From contig NW_027362761.1 in NCBI RefSeq assembly GCF_046119375.1, positions 283,092,001-283,156,000 on the forward strand: a DNA stretch of 64,000 bases, written 5' to 3'. Origin of the DNA: Phyllobates terribilis (Eukaryota). This document shows positions 59,389-64,000 of the stretch, piece by piece; within the stretch, counting starts at the first letter, position 1; the number at the start of each line of letters is the position of its first letter. Made by a program: the position numbers and the translations under genes. The notes under the pieces are model-generated. The model saw only the letters and a list, made by a program, of their open reading frames with translations. It had not been told where the DNA came from and searched no databases.

Positions 59389-62300
59389 TTTATTTTTATT
59401 CTGCAACTTGAATAGTGCAAAAAGAGATAAGAACTTTATTTAATCACTTTCAGCTTTAAGTTAAAGCCTCTTGAAAATATTTTGAAAACAGCTAAAAATA
59501 GTGCAATATACAATGATAAAATAAATAATACTTATCTTACCGGTCTTCTGCCATTCTCTTGCTTAAGATGGCCGTACAGATTAGAATGTTGTCTGACAAA
59601 GATCATTCAGCATTCAGCTATCGCTTCCAATATCTCAGTATACAATAACTCTCTGTTCGGCCAAGTGCTCCTGTGCTCTGTATGATAAAACTACTGCCGG
59701 ACTTCTCTGGCAGTGGCTCATCCAAGCTCCAAATAAAAGGATCAGCCATTGAAATACAACAGGGCGGATCCTTCTCTCTCCCAACCTTATCTGTTGGGGG
59801 AGAGGCAGGAAGCAACCATTCACATTCCCTCATCAGTTTTCTTTATGTAGGCATGAGCAAGGTGGTGTTGTCTCGACCTGTGATCTGTGACCCCAGAATC
59901 CAATCACTGGCCGACGTGAGTGATTTTAGTGGTGTATCACTCCTTTTGTGAATTTATACTGTTGTCAGCTTTTTGTAAAAGGTTTCCTAGGGCAAAACTA
60001 ATTTAATAGTTCACCTTTATAGACATATTGCAGTAGTTTTTCTTTGCACAGCTTGAGCTTGTTACAATCCGTCCACATAATACTGTGTTAATGAATTATA
60101 ATTCAGGCACATTGTATAGGTTCTCTCATCGGTACAAATTACGAGAGTTTTTGCAATATTTCTGTGTTTTGCGATGCAATTTTGTTTATTGTGTAGTTTC
60201 TACAAGTGAAATGTGTTTTACTTTTAAAAACTGCATGGCCAAATAGTGCATTCCAAAACCACAAAAAAGGCTGTTTTTATTTTACATGAGGGAATATACT
60301 AATTGAGAAGGGGTTGTCCAAGTAGTGGACAACCGCTTTAAGTACTAAGTATCAGGGATCTCGATAAAGGCAAAGAATGGAAACAAAAATCATTTTAGAA
60401 ACTTGTAGAAATTTTTATGATTCAAATATGAAGGTTTCATAGTAAGACTAAAGCTTCTTTTTAAGTAGCCGCTGTCCCTTTGTCTTGTAATCTTATAGAA
60501 TATAATGCTGATCTGCTGAGTCGGAATACATGACAACTTTAATTAAATGACATACTGTATAAAGTATCATAGTCTAAAGCTATGGAATTATTTTTAGCTT
60601 CGTTGTTAAGCCTTAGTAACTTCTAGTGAAGCAACATTTTGATTATGTAGAGTTTTAATATTAAAAACCACAAGGTAAAAGCAAAGGTAAATAAGACAAT
60701 TTCTGAATATCTTCATTGCAGACAATGAATGTGAAAATTAGGTTTAAATTCTCTGGAGGGGGTTTATACTAACCAACATGTTCACAGCTTTCTATGAGGA
60801 TACAAGGTCACCCTTGACAAGCTTTAAGAAAGGAGAGATGATCTGCACTAGTGTCAGTGTGGAGTAGACTGCCATGGGAACTAGAATTGGCAGGAATTCT
60901 AAAAACTATTTCAATATTAATGGGCACGCTTCTGCAAATACAAAATTCTCAGAATTACTGGCAGCAAATAATACAATACGCGATTCTCGGGATGCTTACC
61001 AGATTATTGTCCACTCTGATTTATAACCACAGACTACATCGAAGTTGAATGAGCAGAGAAACAAAGAGCCTGTAAAAAAACAAAATTGTGGCACATTTTT
61101 TTCAGGAAATCCAATTGTAAAAATGAATTTGGGCCCAAAATAAGTAAAAGAAAAATATTCCAGAAAAGTTGACAACCCCTATAGCACTTTGGATTACACA
61201 AGAGGAATTTTAACTTTCTGTAAAATTATGCAGGCATGGGGGGAATATTGTGGCTAGAAATAAGTGAGGTATAATGTGTAGTGATGGGGGCATTGTTGCT
61301 GATAGTGGTTGGACATTATTGCTGACAGTGGACTATCATTACAAAAAAAGGACCCTCACACCTTAAGTGTTAAATTAATATATAGGCAGACAAATACGCT
61401 ATGTGGCCAATATACAAAATATACAATCACTATGTCTCAGCACACTGTGATTAATGAACACAGGATTTCCACTATTAATAATAATTTTTATTTATATAGC
61501 GCCAACATATTCCGCAGCACTTTATTACAACTTGTATAAAAAACGTGAGGTACTTGGATAACATATTTTGATCAAAAAGCATAAAAGCCATCCAACCACG
61601 TCAAAGAGAAGGAAAATTGCAATTGAAAGTTTGAGGTACCATGCTAGATGATAAGGAGTCACACTGGATGACATTATAGGACATAGTGGCTGGATCTAGC
61701 AAAATGGGTATAGGTACTGAACCACTGAAAATCAATCTGCAGATAGAATATAGTGGTGAATATAAAACATAACATTTATTACTAATTTACATAAAATAAA
61801 CTACCTTTAAAAAGGTCCAAATTGACCTAAAGTGCAGGATTTGCAGAGCAGTAGAAGGTAATAGACCAGTAGGTGTGTACATTAACCTCCCCAAGATCCT
61901 CAAGCCTTGTCTGGGCAATAGTTAATCCACACATATGGGACCCTAGACTTAATAACAATATCGACCAATAAATGTGTAATTATACCTACTGGTCTATTCC
62001 TTTCCACTGCTCTGGGCATAGTGGCTGGCATTGGCAATAATGGGGGCATTGAGGTTACGGATGGATAACATGATATCATTATGGATGATACTAATTGCAT
62101 TTTGGAGGGAAAATTTGAACTAGCACTGTATGGAGAGATCGGTTGCTAGATAGGGGCACTGTTTTTGACACTGTATGGGGTTTTCATTGTGCTATGGGAA
62201 GAGAAGGGTGCAATGTACTTTTTTTGACATAATTACTTGTCCTACCACTGCAGTAATGTATGTCAAAGACTTTTTCCCCTTTTCCTATTATAATAATCAT

Positions 62301-62475
62301 AAACTCTCACCTTACATAAGTATGCATCTATATGTCGGGATCTGAGGGGTTAACTAAAAGCCTTAAAGGGTTATTCCCATTTTAATAAATCAGTATTTGT
62401 TAGAGAATAATGATAAATACAAGTAATTTTGGAATTGACAGCTTATTAAATTTGCAGCTGTACTTGAAATATTAA

Positions 62476-62889
62476 AGATAATCTGTCAGCAGGACTTTGC
62501 TACCTATTCTGAGAGCAGCCTGATGTAGGCAAAGAGAAGCTGAAGCCAATGATGTATCACTTAGATTAATGGGTTCGGCCGTTTTCACACAATCAGAGTT
62601 TTTAAATATAGCAATGGAGCAGAGCTGAGGAAGATGCCTCCGCCCACACCAGGCTCTGTATGTACAAGGTCCATAGACAGTGAGCTGCCTATCACAGGAG
62701 GGGGCGGAGTTTGACTAGGAGACATTAGCTGCTGTGTTCCAGCAATGATAATCCCCTGGTGTTAAAACAATCATTGCAAGTAAACAAAACCAAACAGCTT
62801 GATAAGAGAGGATTGCTGAAATCTGTGTTTTAACCTCTACCTCCTGCTGTCAAAAGATTACATAGCAAAAAGCTGCTGACAGATTCCCT
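62476..62889. mobile_element. Kolobok/T2-like MITE, TTAA TSD
   Basis: TTAA-AGATAATCTGTCAGCAG...CTGCTGACAGATTCCCT-TTAA. Confidence 0.8.
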
Positions 62890-63481
62890 TTAACACTTTT
62901 CTCTTATACGAGTATACAGCTCATTGCCTTGGAGACCACCCACCACTGCTAGATAGTAGGACATACTCAGCGCTTAAAGGCTTTTTATAATAAGATTTGA
63001 AGCATTTTTTTTTTACACCGGCCAGGGCACTAGAACACACTGTTGACTATGGTCAGCTTTATTGTTGTACTTACAAGCTAAACAGCAGCGTTGGTCGGTC
63101 TCTTAGGTAACAAGTTGTAAACAACAAATGTGTTAACATTTCAGGAATGGCTGTATATTTTATTAAACAAAAAATTGCAAAAGTGCTTCTTTTCACAAGC
63201 ATTGCCAGACAATATCCATCTATGAAGATTGAAATAACCTTTTAAGCTATCCAATGTGAGCTTTGTATCAGAAGTTACTTTATCCTGTCAGATATTTATC
63301 TATTGCTATTTTATTTGTTGCAGAGTTCAGCTTTCAGCAAAATCATCATCACTCAGATATTGTGGGAGAATGAACTGTTTTGCTTGGGATATACAGCAAC
63401 TGCGATTTTCATCATCAACAATACAGAGGATTTCCGAAAAAAAACTCAGGCAAACAAGCAAGAGCAAGCAGTCAGTATTAA

Positions 63482-63877
63482 AGGAAATCTGTCAGAAGGT
63501 TTTTGCTATCTCATCTGAGAGCAGCATAATGAAAGAGACCCTGATTCCAGTCAATTACTTCACTGTGTTCAGCAATTGTGACACAATCAGAGTTTTTAAA
63601 TGTTGTAGGCAGCAGAGCTTAAAAAGCTAACCTCGCCCACACTACTGATTAGCAGCTTTCAGTGGACACTGTATATTAACAGTAAGCTGCTAATAAATGC
63701 TGGGATGTGGATGGACCAAGATTCACAAGAGCACCAGTCTGGTAGTGATAATCTCCTGCTGATAAAACACTCATTGAAGCAACAACACTCAGTTTAATAA
63801 TCACTGAAATCAGTGTATCAGCCCCTACCTCATGCTGCCCCAGATTACATAGCAATAAAACTGCTGACAGATTCTCT
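63482..63877. mobile_element. Kolobok/T2-like MITE, TTAA TSD, same family as 62476-62889
   Basis: TTAA-AGGAAATCTGTCAG...CTGACAGATTCTCT-TTAA. Confidence 0.8.
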
Positions 63878-64000
63878 TTAACAAGCTCTGTCAATTAACA
63901 CAGTGCCATTTGCTGCCTGCTCACCACAGCATAAGCCTGCAGCTGTTATATACTCCAACAGCATTCTGTTTTTATGAATGATTCCTCATGTTTGTTTTAA

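Noticed and set aside
57930-62400. AT-rich unique-looking tract that might hold exons or enhancers
   Set aside because: No ORF, splice pattern or repeat structure can be supported from sequence alone; it needs a conservation or expression track.

Overview
This is eukaryotic, repeat-saturated DNA, most likely an intron or intergenic tract of a frog (anuran) genome. The taxon is inferred from the transposon repertoire. I could not recognise any host exon, and roughly two thirds or more of the window is transposon-derived. The dominant structures are large Ac-type hAT transposons with TAG(A/T/G)G(A/T)TGAG termini and 8-bp TSDs. (1) 2449-15018 is a 12.6-kb element with a frameshifted transposase and about 5 kb of internal satellite showing a 1356-bp higher-order repeat. 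(2) 16437-28547 is a 12.1-kb element with a nearly intact BED-hAT transposase of about 1224 codons (one early stop), a 110-bp satellite, and a 3' cargo cassette: a DD37E Tc1 transposon, an L1 RT fragment, an 18S rDNA fragment and a later solo LTR. (3) 33533-39135 is a deleted sister copy carrying the same cargo without the LTR. Smaller relatives are a 2.7-kb foldback derivative, a 137-bp minimal derivative and degenerate copies. Also present are Tc1/mariner elements of the DD34E, DD37E, DD41D and Tc2 types, Gypsy LTRs (one followed by an unusually long tRNA-Ser-complementary tract), Kolobok/T2-like and Harbinger-like MITEs, and degenerate hammerhead-like motifs. The best candidate for something undescribed is the giant hAT family that incubates satellite arrays and transports foreign cargo. 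No database search was possible, so novelty is unverified.
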